58,712 nt of DNA from a virus (Duplodnaviria > Caudoviricetes), in the IMG/VR virus record IMGVR_UViG_3300049489_000482, positions 1 through 58,712 of that record. One strand, given 5' to 3'. Below are positions 44,966-54,646 of the stretch, in pieces. Each line of letters begins with the position of its first letter. Position 1 is the first letter of the stretch. The notes beneath the pieces are model-generated. The model had not been told where the DNA came from, made no database searches, and saw only the letters and a list, made by a program, of their open reading frames with translations. Position numbers and translations under genes: made by a program.

Positions 44966-46627
44966 TTAACTTGGGTCGGTAGGCACCAGTGAGAGAGCCT
45001 TGCGTGCCTCCTCACGTCCGGCTCTGTTAGGACCGCTACCCGCCGATGTGATCGTCAGTCTGTGCTTTGCCCTGGTCATCGCCACGTAAAACAGCCGCCG
45101 ATCTTCCTCGCTCGGCTCTTTGGCTGCGGCGGCGCTCTCGTCGCACTCGGGCAAGACCACGTTGTCGAACTCAAGACCTTTCGCTCCGTGCATCGTCATG
45201 ATGCGGATGCCGTCCATGTCGCCCGCCATCACGCGCTTCGTTTCCTCATTGCAGATGCTGATGAGCAGGTCGCCCATTGTCGCACGCGCCGGCAGTGTGC
45301 CCGCGATTTCCTCCACGATGTCGGCGCTGGCCGCCGTGCATCCGTGTGCCCTCACCACTCGGGCGGCGTAGTGTGGCGTGAACTGGCCACCCTCGACGCA
45401 AATTCCGCTCGCGCCGGCCAGCGTGGTGCCGCCCTGGATTGCAGCCAATCGAGCCTCGTTGATCTGTGCCGGCGTCCTGCCGCACTGGCGCAGGTAGCTG
45501 GCGGTGATCTCCGTGTTGCTCGGGTTCGCCAGAACCGCCAGCAGCGTTTTGGCTTTGCGCCAGTCCTCCGGGAAGACGCGATCCTTGCGGATGGCCAGCG
45601 GATAACCGTGCTCCGCAAGTAGCGCGGCGAACCGTTGCACCTGTGCGTTGGTGCGGACCAGGATGGCGGTTGCTGACGATTCGTCCTCCAGTTCCTGGCT
45701 CAGGTGGCCCATGAGTTCGGTGTCCTCGGCGCCGCGCGTCGCGTAGTAGGAGACCACCACCGCTCCGCCTTCGTGCTCCGCAGTCATGTTCTGCTGCGCC
45801 CGCTCCTTGTTCTGCTCGATCACTTTCCGCGCCGCGTCGCAAATGGCTTTCCGGCAGCGGTAGTTCCGTTCGAGCCTGATGACGTTCCACTCCGGGCTGT
45901 TGAAGTGCTCCATGAACAACTCCACCTTGGCTCCACGGAATCGGTAGATGCTCTGGTCGGGGTCGCCGACCACGAACTTGGTCTTGGTGGTGATGGCGTC
46001 GTAAATCTCCCAGTCCAGCGCGCTCGAATCCTGCGCCTCGTCCACGAGCAGGTGCCTGACCGGAACAAGTCCTACCGGAGCGATCTTGATCAGGTCGCGT
46101 CCCACGTCGAGCAGCGTGTCAAAGTCGAGCATGCCGGTGCGCGCCATCGTCGCCCGGAACTCCGCCGCCACAAGTTCCGCCGCCGTCGGCGGATTGCTAC
46201 GCGCCGGGTAGTGCCGTAGCGCGTCCGTCAGCGCGGTCTTGGTGCCCTTGTATCCGAGGCGCTTCTTGACGCCGTCCAACAGTTCCTCCGCAGCGTCCTC
46301 GTCGATAATTGTCGGCGGGACGAAGATGCCGACCAGACACCGCGCGGCCTCTTTGGTGAGCAGTCGGAAGAGCCAGCCGTGAAGCGTGCCCACGTAGCCG
46401 AGCCGCTGCGCTGCGGCCTCGTTGCGGCCCGCCGCGAGGCGCTGAACCATCTCGCCGGCTGCGGCGTTGGTGAACGTGATCGCCACGATGCCGGCCGGGT
46501 CCTCGCCGCTGTCGAGCAGGTGGTTGATGCGCTCGACGAGCACCATCGTCTTTCCGGAGCCTGGCGTGGCGACGACGAGCGTGTTGCGGTGCGGTGTGGT
46601 AACGGCGAGTTTCTGTTGATCGTTCAT
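44966..46627 (-). CDS. UvrD/PcrA-like SF1 helicase
   Basis: ATPGSGKT, TFTNAAA, VDEAQD, VGDPDQSIYRFRGA, NYR, HGAKGLEF, FYVAMTRAK. Confidence 0.92.
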   Translation of the reverse strand: MNDQQKLAVTTPHRNTLVVATPGSGKTMVLVERINHLLDSGEDPAGIVAITFTNAAAGEMVQRLAAGRNEAAAQRLGYVGTLHGWLFRLLTKEAARCLVGIFVPPTIIDEDAAEELLDGVKKRLGYKGTKTALTDALRHYPARSNPPTAAELVAAEFRATMARTGMLDFDTLLDVGRDLIKIAPVGLVPVRHLLVDEAQDSSALDWEIYDAITTKTKFVVGDPDQSIYRFRGAKVELFMEHFNSPEWNVIRLERNYRCRKAICDAARKVIEQNKERAQQNMTAEHEGGAVVVSYYATRGAEDTELMGHLSQELEDESSATAILVRTNAQVQRFAALLAEHGYPLAIRKDRVFPEDWRKAKTLLAVLANPSNTEITASYLRQCGRTPAQINEARLAAIQGGTTLAGASGICVEGGQFTPHYAARVVRAHGCTAASADIVEEIAGTLPARATMGDLLISICNEETKRVMAGDMDGIRIMTMHGAKGLEFDNVVLPECDESAAAAKEPSEEDRRLFYVAMTRAKHRLTITSAGSGPNRAGREEARKALSLVPTDPS

Positions 46628-46674
46628 TCGTTTTTCGTTTTGTTCTTTGGAGTGTGCCGCCCGTGGGCGGGTTG

Positions 46675-46914
46675 TCAATTTGGAACCGGCTCCACCGTGA
46701 TCATCTTGGTCTGCAACCCGTATTCCTGCGCTTGGACGAGCGCGTCGATTGGCCGCGAGAACTTCGTGGCGTCCTTGTCGCCGACCATTTGCCAGACCTT
46801 GCCTCGGGCGTTCTGCACGAACTGGACGGCGTAGCCTCGGTAGCGGATGACGTATTGCGGTGCCGGCAATGTCGTTTCCGTTGTGTGTTGGTTGATCGGG
46901 TTGTATTTGCTCAC
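46675..46914 (-). CDS. Hypothetical protein
   Basis: GTG overlaps the upstream stop. Confidence 0.45.
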   Translation of the reverse strand: MSKYNPINQHTTETTLPAPQYVIRYRGYAVQFVQNARGKVWQMVGDKDATKFSRPIDALVQAQEYGLQTKMITVEPVPN

Positions 46915-47531
46915 AAGATGTTCCTCCCGGCTTCCAGCATGATGTTGAGGCAGACGCCGCACCGCAGTGATTCACCATCCCTTCTGGTAGTCCACTGGCC
47001 GTGCGGACGGCGGCCGCACTCCGCGGCGCTGGTCTTGCCTTTGTTCGGCACCAGATGCCGCACGGCGTCGTTGGTGTCGGTTTTCCACGTCATCGGCCGC
47101 ACCCGGCGCATCTCCCTCACGGTTGGCGCCGCCAACGCGAGCCACTGCGGTGGCTCCGCCTCGGCTCGGTGCCATGCCTGCCTGCTACGCTGGTTGTAGG
47201 GTCCGCCCGGTTGCAGGGCGGACATGATGCTCCAGACGCGGGCGTACGGCGCGCCCTTGTGTTCCTGGCCTCGGGTCGCGTGAACCGCGGCCTTGAAGTT
47301 CGAGTAGTCGATTCGGGACGCGATTTCGGTGACGAACGCCACCGCCGCCGCGTGGCTGCACACGATCCGGTATCGGTAGTCGCCGGACGGCGTCTCGATC
47401 CATCTCGTTCCGCGCAGCGCCTTGGTGCGCGCGGCGTTCTCGATGTCGGCGCGCTCGCGTGCGCGCACTTGGAACTCGCCGGGGTGCCGCTCGACGATGC
47501 TGAAAAAACCCGCTGTTGATGCCATCCACAT
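46911..47531 (-). CDS. Conserved hypothetical phage protein
   Basis: 'MW....GFFSIV..VRAR..DYRYR..IDYSNFK' pattern. Confidence 0.65.
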   Translation of the reverse strand: MWMASTAGFFSIVERHPGEFQVRARERADIENAARTKALRGTRWIETPSGDYRYRIVCSHAAAVAFVTEIASRIDYSNFKAAVHATRGQEHKGAPYARVWSIMSALQPGGPYNQRSRQAWHRAEAEPPQWLALAAPTVREMRRVRPMTWKTDTNDAVRHLVPNKGKTSAAECGRRPHGQWTTRRDGESLRCGVCLNIMLEAGRNIL

Positions 47532-47621
47532 TTCAGAATGCTCCGATCCGGTGAAGCACCCAGCCCCACACGACAAGGTTGATACCGACAGCGACGGCGC
47601 CGGCTGCCCAGTTGGTTGCGT

Positions 47622-47825
47622 TCATCGCCCCTGCTCCATTTCTGTTTGGTCGATCCACGCCAGCGTCCGGTTCCATCCGGCTGCTGTGACCTTCTCATGC
47701 GGCCCTATGAGACCGGTGCCGTCCTGTCTCGCGCTCATCGTCCTGTTGTCGTCATAGCCAAAGATCACGAAACGACCGATGCGAACCGTGCCTCCGGTGC
47801 GGATTGTGTTGAGTATCGTTCTCAT
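47622..47825 (-). CDS. Hypothetical protein
   Basis: ORF in gene order. Confidence 0.45.
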   Translation of the reverse strand: MRTILNTIRTGGTVRIGRFVIFGYDDNRTMSARQDGTGLIGPHEKVTAAGWNRTLAWIDQTEMEQGR

Positions 47826-47828
47826 GGC

Positions 47829-48206
47829 TCAGAGTCCTTCGTCGGCGTCGCTCGTGACGCGGTTTCCGTCGAATGCGCCAGAGCAGTCGCGCTCGTTGAA
47901 CTCGAACTCCCAGCGGTCGGTTTCCCAAGTATGCCCGGTCGGTGCGTAGATGCCGTTGACGTATGCGAACCGTCCGCAGCCGCGGCGATCCAGTTCCATG
48001 TTGTAGGTGCGCGGCGTGAATCCTAGAGGCTTGAGCGCCTGCGTGATCTCGTCCTCCACCATCCGCCCGTGGGCGGGTCCGCTGAACTCGCCTCCGTCAA
48101 ATCCGGCATCCGCTTCGGCTGCTTCGGCGTGGCTTCGCTCAATGCGACGCACCGCGCTGGCCGCAAGGCTTAGGTTGCTGTTCTTGGTTTCGTAGTGTGC
48201 TTTCAT
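47829..48206 (-). CDS. Hypothetical protein
   Basis: A-rich leader before the ATG. Confidence 0.5.
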   Translation of the reverse strand: MKAHYETKNSNLSLAASAVRRIERSHAEAAEADAGFDGGEFSGPAHGRMVEDEITQALKPLGFTPRTYNMELDRRGCGRFAYVNGIYAPTGHTWETDRWEFEFNERDCSGAFDGNRVTSDADEGL

Positions 48207-48235
48207 TTGTTTGTCGTTTGTTTCGCTCAGGCTTG

Positions 48236-48640
48236 TCACCGTGCCAGAACATCCGGCGCGCATCCACTGGAATTTCTGCGGTGGTTTTCCACCCGCTCTC
48301 GCGCGTTGATCTCGTCGAGGTATTCGCTGTAGCTGGCTCCGTATTCCTTCTCGTCGCTGTCCAGCCACGCCTCGCGCGAGCAGATGCAGCGCCGGTAACC
48401 GCACGTCGTTTCCTCGCCGTCAAACCACGACGTGGCCGGGATCAGCGTCCGCCCGCAATCCTGGCACGTCCGGTTCCGCACCTTGACGCAGATTTCCTCG
48501 ACGACCGCCTCGCGCAGCGCCTGGCGCTCACTCTGTTGCGCCCACAACCAGCGGAGCTTCGCCATGTCGCGCGGGTCCTGCGTGCGCCAGTAGCGCTGCG
48601 CGGCCCGGTCCTGTCGGCGGTTGGATGTTTCGGTGTTCAC
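48236..48640 (-). CDS. Hypothetical protein with Cys pairs
   Basis: GTG overlaps the upstream stop; CQDC. Confidence 0.45.
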   Translation of the reverse strand: MNTETSNRRQDRAAQRYWRTQDPRDMAKLRWLWAQQSERQALREAVVEEICVKVRNRTCQDCGRTLIPATSWFDGEETTCGYRRCICSREAWLDSDEKEYGASYSEYLDEINARERVENHRRNSSGCAPDVLAR

Positions 48641-48972
48641 TTGGCACCACCTTTCAGCGCGTCGAGCGCGGCGCGGGCGGAAGCCTGCACATTTGCGAGC
48701 TTGTCCTGATAGAACCACTGCCCCACCGAACGCTTGCCCATTCCGCCCTGCACTCTGTCCTCCGCAATTGCCTCCAACGCTGCCACCACACCCGCCACCG
48801 CCTCCGGGTTCAGCCCGGCGAGGGCGTTGACGCAGGCGCAAGCCTTCACAAGTTCGTTGTGTGGAACCATCGCATCGCTGTGCTCGGCGGTGAGGATTAC
48901 CTTTCCGCCGCAAAGGATTTCCGTCCCGTTCTGTGTCCACGGTTCCGGCGTGTGCCGCGATGTGCTATTCAT
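48637..48972 (-). CDS. Hypothetical protein (HTPxPW type)
   Basis: 'RHTPEPW...ACACVNALAG'. Confidence 0.55.
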   Translation of the reverse strand: MNSTSRHTPEPWTQNGTEILCGGKVILTAEHSDAMVPHNELVKACACVNALAGLNPEAVAGVVAALEAIAEDRVQGGMGKRSVGQWFYQDKLANVQASARAALDALKGGAK

Positions 48973-49183
48973 TGGACACCTCCACGCCGTTGCCGTCCTG
49001 ATCGACAACGCGCCTGTCAGAGTATCCACCCTGACTCTTGCAGCCGCGCTGGTCGCGGGTCAGGCACATTTCCGCAGCCGCAATGGTGCGGTGATGATGC
49101 CCGCAGCATCCACGTACGCTGCCAATGGTCGTGTAGTATTTCCGCGATGCGCTCGCGGCGGGCGTTTGATTTGTGGTTTTCAT
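48965..49183 (-). CDS. Small conserved phage protein
   Basis: 'YTTIGSVRGCCGHHHRTI..A..C...DQRGC...GGYSDR'. Confidence 0.6.
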   Translation of the reverse strand: MKTTNQTPAASASRKYYTTIGSVRGCCGHHHRTIAAAEMCLTRDQRGCKSQGGYSDRRVVDQDGNGVEVSNE

Positions 49184-49289
49184 TGTTTTGTCTTTCGTTT
49201 CGCTCGGGGTCATTCCCTTTGCTTGAGGCGACTCTGCCATCACTCCGCCCGGCTGCCCATTGGAAAACCAGCGTTTGGTTTCCAAACGC

Positions 49290-49318
49290 AAAAGGCGCCC
49301 CGGTTTCCCGAGGCGCCT
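49290..49318 (-). terminator. Probable intrinsic terminator
   Basis: AGGCGCCTCGG-GAAA-CCGGGGCGCCT then TTT on the minus strand. Confidence 0.6.
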
Positions 49319-49333
49319 CGCGTTGCTGCTGGC

Positions 49334-49627
49334 TCAGGCCAGTTCCGCCTTTGCCTTTTCGTTGATGGCGATCAATTCCGATCGCTTGTTCGCGATGTGC
49401 GCCTGGATGACCGCGATCGCCAGCTCCGGGTGAACGTCGAGCAGGCGCATGGAGTTCTCCCCGTTGGGTATCCCGAGTTGCAGGTTCCTGTGCCTTCCGA
49501 ACTGGTCCCGCAGGTTCATCAGATCTCCGCGCTTACGGAGTTCCGACATCTCGGCGAGCAGCTTCTCGCCCTTCGCGATTTCGTCGTGCGCCATCCAAAC
49601 TGCCAGTGCGGTTTCTTTCGTGATCAT
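49334..49627 (-). CDS. Hypothetical protein
   Basis: ORF in gene order. Confidence 0.6.
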   Translation of the reverse strand: MITKETALAVWMAHDEIAKGEKLLAEMSELRKRGDLMNLRDQFGRHRNLQLGIPNGENSMRLLDVHPELAIAVIQAHIANKRSELIAINEKAKAELA

Positions 49628-49630
49628 GGG

Positions 49631-51565
49631 TCAGAGGTGGATGATTGTGGCGTCCGTGCTCAACATGTCGCCGGGTGCCGTTCCGATGAACTGATCCAGC
49701 AGCCCGGCGTCCGTCATCTCCTTCATCCGGCGCAGCACTTTTCCGAGGTTGTCGGCGTCGAGAATCCCGAGCTCGTCGAACAGCACCAGCTTGAACGCCT
49801 GCTGCTGCGCCAGCGCCGCCGCGAGGCCGATGTAGGCGACCGTCTGGAATGTCTGGCCAAACACCCGGTGCGAAATCCAGACGCGCACCTTGCGGCCTCC
49901 ATCCTGCACTTCGCCCCAGCGCCCAAGCTCTCCGTCCCGGAACGCCAGCGGTGTCGGGAGGATGCCCGCCGTGAACTGGTTCGCCGTGGAAAGCAGCGAC
50001 GTGAACGCCTTGTTGACGCTCGCCTCTTGATGCTCCGCCACGCACTTAAGGATGGCCTTCAGCGCCCGCAGTTCGTCCTCCGCGTTCGCCCGTTCGATGT
50101 CCACCTTCAGCGCCTGTTCAATGCGTGCCTTGTCCGCGACCATCGCGTCGCGATCGCGCGTCAGTGTATTCGCTTTCGCGGTGATCTCGCTGAGTTTCAC
50201 TTCGGTGGCAGTAACCGCCGCCGCCAGCGCCTCGGTGTCCGCGCTGTCGCCGACCACGTTTTTCGCGTGCGCCCTGGACGCCTGCACCTGTTCGAGCCGT
50301 GCGATCTCGCGTTCGATGCGCGTCAGGTCGGTGCGACGGGCTTCGTGCTCCCGGTCCTCCGCCTGCGCGGTCTGGTAGGATTCCTGCGCTGATTCCGCCT
50401 CGCTCAATCGCTGCGTCAGCTTTGCCTGATGCCTGGCCAGAGCACCCTTGGTGTTCGTGATCTCGGTGGCGAAGTGATCCGCAGCCGATTCCTTCCACGC
50501 CTTTGCTCGGCTCTTGCACGTCGGACAGCACTCCGCTTGCAGCAACTGGTCCCGCTCCAGACCGAGTTCGACGATGCGCGATTGGACCGCCTTGATGTCC
50601 TGCTGCACCGACCGAACCGCCAGTGTGGCGTCATCGGCGTACTTCCTCGCCTGAATTGAGCGCGACTTGAACTCTCCGCACGCCTTGTCGAGTGCCGTCT
50701 TGATGTTGCGCGCGTCCGCCAGATCGTCGATGACGGCTTCGTCCGTGGTCGCGTCGAGCAGCGCCTGCGCGGCACTGCTCGCCACCTTGCTCTTGAGCGC
50801 CGTCGCCAGAGCGTTGCCGGCAGCCGCGTGCCGCTGCGCCTCCGCCCGGTATTCAGCGCGCAACTGCTCCAGCGCCGCCTCTGTCGCCGGCAGCTTGTCG
50901 GCGATGGCTGCCGACTGCGCCGTCATCTCCGTGCTCGCCTGAGCAAACCCGGCGTATCGTTTCACCGCCGCCGTTACCTCGTTGGCCCGCTTGCCGACCG
51001 ACTCCGCGAATGCAAGCAGCCACTCGTTGAACGTCTTGGTGCCGCGGTCGTCCGCCGTGATGCGCGCCGTTGCGTGCCAGTCGTCCACCGTGGCGTCCGT
51101 CTTGTCCGTGCGCGGGTCGATGGTTTCCTTGACCGCCAGAATCTTCCCGGCGATCTCGGCCACATCCCCGCCCGGAATGAGGCTGAACACGTATCGCGTC
51201 TGCTCGGGGCGTGTCATGGCGAAGAATTCCGCCGCCGGTTTCATCGGCACCAACCCGCCCACGGGCGGGTTCGCCAGCTTCCACGCTCCGAGCGCCCCGA
51301 GGTATCGGGCCTCGTGAACCGTCCCGTTGTCCATCGTAAGCGCGACTTGCGCCACGCTTCCGCCGAGCCAGTCCGCCGTCTCGCCGATGCCCTTGCCGCT
51401 CTTGCGCGCGTCCGGGTGAACGCCACCGTTCAGCACCGTCCGCACCGCGTCGAGTCGCGTCGTCTTGCCGACGTCGTTCGGCCCGACCAGAACAGTCACG
51501 GGTCCGATGTTGTTGTTGAAGGTTCGGCCCTTGAAGTTGGCCGCACTGATGTTCGTGATTTTCAT
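49631..51565 (-). CDS. SbcC/Rad50-like SMC-family ATPase
   Basis: Walker A GPNDVGKT, coiled coil with CPTC zinc hook, Walker B LVLFDE. Confidence 0.8.
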   Translation of the reverse strand: MKITNISAANFKGRTFNNNIGPVTVLVGPNDVGKTTRLDAVRTVLNGGVHPDARKSGKGIGETADWLGGSVAQVALTMDNGTVHEARYLGALGAWKLANPPVGGLVPMKPAAEFFAMTRPEQTRYVFSLIPGGDVAEIAGKILAVKETIDPRTDKTDATVDDWHATARITADDRGTKTFNEWLLAFAESVGKRANEVTAAVKRYAGFAQASTEMTAQSAAIADKLPATEAALEQLRAEYRAEAQRHAAAGNALATALKSKVASSAAQALLDATTDEAVIDDLADARNIKTALDKACGEFKSRSIQARKYADDATLAVRSVQQDIKAVQSRIVELGLERDQLLQAECCPTCKSRAKAWKESAADHFATEITNTKGALARHQAKLTQRLSEAESAQESYQTAQAEDREHEARRTDLTRIEREIARLEQVQASRAHAKNVVGDSADTEALAAAVTATEVKLSEITAKANTLTRDRDAMVADKARIEQALKVDIERANAEDELRALKAILKCVAEHQEASVNKAFTSLLSTANQFTAGILPTPLAFRDGELGRWGEVQDGGRKVRVWISHRVFGQTFQTVAYIGLAAALAQQQAFKLVLFDELGILDADNLGKVLRRMKEMTDAGLLDQFIGTAPGDMLSTDATIIHL

Positions 51566-51590
51566 TCGTTTGTCGTTGGTGTGTTGCTGG

Positions 51591-52178
51591 TTACTTCTTC
51601 AGAAGGTCGCTGATGTCGCTCGTCGGGAAGTCATCGAGCAGCCCGGCGCGATCCGCGCTGATGTAGAGGCTGGCAGTCGCCGCCTGCACTGCCTCCTCCG
51701 GGACCGGGTGTCCGGTCGCGTCGGCGATCTGCCGTCCCTTGTGCTCCGCGACGATGCGGCACAGCGCCCAGCCGTTGCCGCGCCGGGCGAGGAACTTCCG
51801 CAGGCTGCCCACCGGGTCCGCCGCAGTAGCCTGCGTTGCCGCGCCACCGCTGGCCGCTGGCGTCGTTGGACGCGCGGGAGGTGTGTTCGTGGCGGGCCGG
51901 CTCTTCGGTGCTGGCGCAGCGCCGTCCTCGCTGATGAGTTCGATCATGGCCTCGTCCCGGCTGCCTGTGGCCTGGATGGTGATCAACTGGCCCTTGCGGT
52001 TGTGGAAGACGTCCCCGCAGGACGGGTTCTCGATGTTGTAGGTGCGCTCCGTTCCTCCGAAGTCCAGACCGATGAAGTCTGGTTTGCCCTGGTATTTGGA
52101 CTTGGTGATGTTGCCGGTGACTTTGACCTGCACGGGTCCCATGCCCGTGAGTTCCGAGTGATACAATGTTTTTGCCAT
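51591..52178 (-). CDS. Hypothetical protein, possible ssDNA-binding
   Basis: Beta-rich N-terminus, Pro/Ala linker, next to recombination genes. Confidence 0.45.
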   Translation of the reverse strand: MAKTLYHSELTGMGPVQVKVTGNITKSKYQGKPDFIGLDFGGTERTYNIENPSCGDVFHNRKGQLITIQATGSRDEAMIELISEDGAAPAPKSRPATNTPPARPTTPAASGGAATQATAADPVGSLRKFLARRGNGWALCRIVAEHKGRQIADATGHPVPEEAVQAATASLYISADRAGLLDDFPTSDISDLLKK

Positions 52179-52362
52179 GATGGTTTGCGTTCTTTGTTTT
52201 CTTTGTTTTCTCATTCGCCACCCTGCATCAGTGCCGGGTGACGGTTGCACCATGTCGGTTGCATCGGCGGTATGCAACGAAAATCAAGCGCCGCTCCATG
52301 AGGGAGCGGCGCTCCGCGACTCGACGCGCACGACTTCGGAGCGTGCGCGGTGCAACGCGCAA

Positions 52363-53301
52363 TCAGAATTCCTGCGGCGGGGCGTTTGCAACAAACACCG
52401 CCCTAAAGCGCAACCCATACGGCAGTTTCCGTGTGTTTGTGACAAGGCACTCAATCCCACCATTGCGATGCACGGCGTACGGGAGCGTTGTCCAGTCGTC
52501 CGGCGAATCAGCATCCGTCTGCATTTGCATCCGCCATGTGGTGTTCGTGGGTATGTGCGCGAACACGCGCACGGCTGGATACAACGTCGGCAGCCCGCCG
52601 AGTGTGCGGTTGGTTTCGGCGAACTGCACCGGGATCACCTGTCCCTTGGTCGGCGTCTGCATCGCATCGTTCGTGACCCACACGATGTTTGTCACCGTGG
52701 TAATGGTTTTCGCACGCGCGAGCGGAGGATTCGTAACGGTGCCGAAGCTGTTCTTGTTCGTGCCCAGCAGCACAACCGTCGGGTACGGGGCGGCACACCA
52801 TCCCGGCTCCGTCCATTCCATGTCCTCGTGCTCGCAGACCCGGCCCGGTTCGCCAAAGGCCGACGCCAGCGCAAGCCCACTGCGGATGCCTGCTCTGAAC
52901 GATTCCAAGATCGGTCGCAGGTTCTGCACGCGGTCAACCCGAGCGGCCACCACGTCTCCGAAGTAGATTTGGTAGAGGCTGAACCCAGATGTGATCGCCG
53001 TAGCCACGTCGGCGTCCTCGACACCCAGCCCGAGCGCGGACAACGCGCGCAGGATTTCCTGCGGGTCGGTAGTGCCATTGGCGATCACCGCATCCAGAAT
53101 CGAAAGCGTGGTGCGAAAGTAGATGCTGTTTTCCGGCGCTTTCCTCACCGCGACAGATACACCAGTCTGCGATGCGAGAAAGACGACGTTGGACATTTTC
53201 ACCGTGTCCACGGTGCGCGTCGTGACGACGCCGTCTCGGGTGGTTGTGCAGCCGGTCAGAAGCGCCGCCGCGAGTGCAAGAGCAACGAGAATTGTTTTCA
53301 T
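52363..53301 (-). CDS. Lipoprotein
   Basis: Lipobox MKTILVALALAAALLTGC. Confidence 0.7.
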   Translation of the reverse strand: MKTILVALALAAALLTGCTTTRDGVVTTRTVDTVKMSNVVFLASQTGVSVAVRKAPENSIYFRTTLSILDAVIANGTTDPQEILRALSALGLGVEDADVATAITSGFSLYQIYFGDVVAARVDRVQNLRPILESFRAGIRSGLALASAFGEPGRVCEHEDMEWTEPGWCAAPYPTVVLLGTNKNSFGTVTNPPLARAKTITTVTNIVWVTNDAMQTPTKGQVIPVQFAETNRTLGGLPTLYPAVRVFAHIPTNTTWRMQMQTDADSPDDWTTLPYAVHRNGGIECLVTNTRKLPYGLRFRAVFVANAPPQEF

Positions 53302-53332
53302 TCCTGCCGACTACGCCAGCCGACTGGCGCTG

Positions 53333-53761
53333 TCAATCCCGCCGTCGGTGCTCGTCCCACGCGATGCGACCAAACAGTCGCAGCGCAGCGTAACTCCACC
53401 ACGACTTCCAGCGAGGGAACCCGCGGGCGATCATCAGTTCGCGATACACCGCGTCCGCGGTCGCTTGGTCGATGACGACGCGGTTCTCGTCAATGAAGTA
53501 CCCGCCGACCGTGTAGAGGTGGTCGTGGGGAACCGCTGCCCAGAGGGCGGGACCGACCGGCGGCACCACACCCCAGAGCGGACGCGGCGTGCTTCGCCCG
53601 TCGCATTCAAAGCCGGCCGGGATTGTCACCTCGTGCCGGAGGACGGCGGAGTAATAGCTGAACGGGACGCGCAGCTTGAGCCAGATCGGATGCTTGAAGC
53701 TGGACAGGTCGTCGTAAAGCAGCGGCCCGAGAAACTCCGTTTTGCGCTTCGCTGCCTTCAT
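53333..53761 (-). CDS. DUF1353 family protein
   Basis: 'IPAGFECDGRSTPR..AAVPHDHLY..ADAVY..ALRLFG'. Confidence 0.8.
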   Translation of the reverse strand: MKAAKRKTEFLGPLLYDDLSSFKHPIWLKLRVPFSYYSAVLRHEVTIPAGFECDGRSTPRPLWGVVPPVGPALWAAVPHDHLYTVGGYFIDENRVVIDQATADAVYRELMIARGFPRWKSWWSYAALRLFGRIAWDEHRRRD

Positions 53762-53762
53762 T

Positions 53763-54083
53763 TCAGTGCGCGTTCTTCAGCAGGGTTCCAAGTGCGGCGG
53801 CCGAGCCTTCGGACACTCGCTGCAATGTGGCGTTGTTCTGCTCGATGACGGCGCGCAGCACCTCGATGTTGTTCTTCGACTCGTACTTCTGCACCGTAAT
53901 GTTCACGCTGGCCTCGCCGTTCGTGCCGACCGTCTTTGTGACGGAAACGCCCTCGGCGGTGATGTCCTTCGGCGACTGAATCGTCAGCGAGTTCTTCGAC
54001 GGGTCAAACGACACGGTCGTTTGGGGGACGCTCATGCATCCGATCAATGGGATGATGGTGAGTAGGGCAAGAATGGTTTTCAT
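53763..54083 (-). CDS. Small lipoprotein
   Basis: MKTILALLTIIPLIGC lipobox. Confidence 0.65.
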   Translation of the reverse strand: MKTILALLTIIPLIGCMSVPQTTVSFDPSKNSLTIQSPKDITAEGVSVTKTVGTNGEASVNITVQKYESKNNIEVLRAVIEQNNATLQRVSEGSAAALGTLLKNAH

Positions 54084-54235
54084 GGCTTTCGCTCTTACGC
54101 CCGGTCGGACTCCTTGCAAGCACGAAACCCGCCCGCCCAGTTGCGGTTGCCCCGCTGATGCGCTGCCCGAGGCGATGGCGGACGGGTTGAACAACAGGGG
54201 GGGGATGGAGTGTGCCTCGGGAATGCTCCGGGAGA

Positions 54236-54598
54236 TCATGGTTGCCGCCATTGGCTTGCAACCCAGCCACCAATTGTTGCCGCAGCGCCGCACAGCGTGG
54301 TCGTGATGATGGCGATCACTGTGATGGCCTTCCACCCACCCTTTTGCGCCGTCACGTATTCGTTCAGCTTGTCCACGTCCGCGCGCAGTGTTTCGACGTT
54401 GCTGGCCATTGCCGAGTTGGCGGCGTTGTGGAGTTTGAGTTCTTCAATTCCTGCGGCGATCCTGTCGAGTTTTTCCCAGATCGCCTGACGGCTCCGCACG
54501 GCATCAGCGTGCCCGGCCTCAAGTAGCGACAGCCTGTGCTCCTGGTCGAGTTGCATCGCTGTGGGCTTGTATGCGTTTCCCGTGGTGTCCGCTTGCAT
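54236..54598 (-). CDS. Coiled-coil protein with C-terminal TM helix (holin-region)
   Basis: Heptad region followed by a hydrophobic helix. Confidence 0.55.
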   Translation of the reverse strand: MQADTTGNAYKPTAMQLDQEHRLSLLEAGHADAVRSRQAIWEKLDRIAAGIEELKLHNAANSAMASNVETLRADVDKLNEYVTAQKGGWKAITVIAIITTTLCGAAATIGGWVASQWRQP

Positions 54599-54646
54599 TT
54601 AGATCGCTTTACGCGAACCAGCGCCGCGCACAAGGCGAAACTCCGG

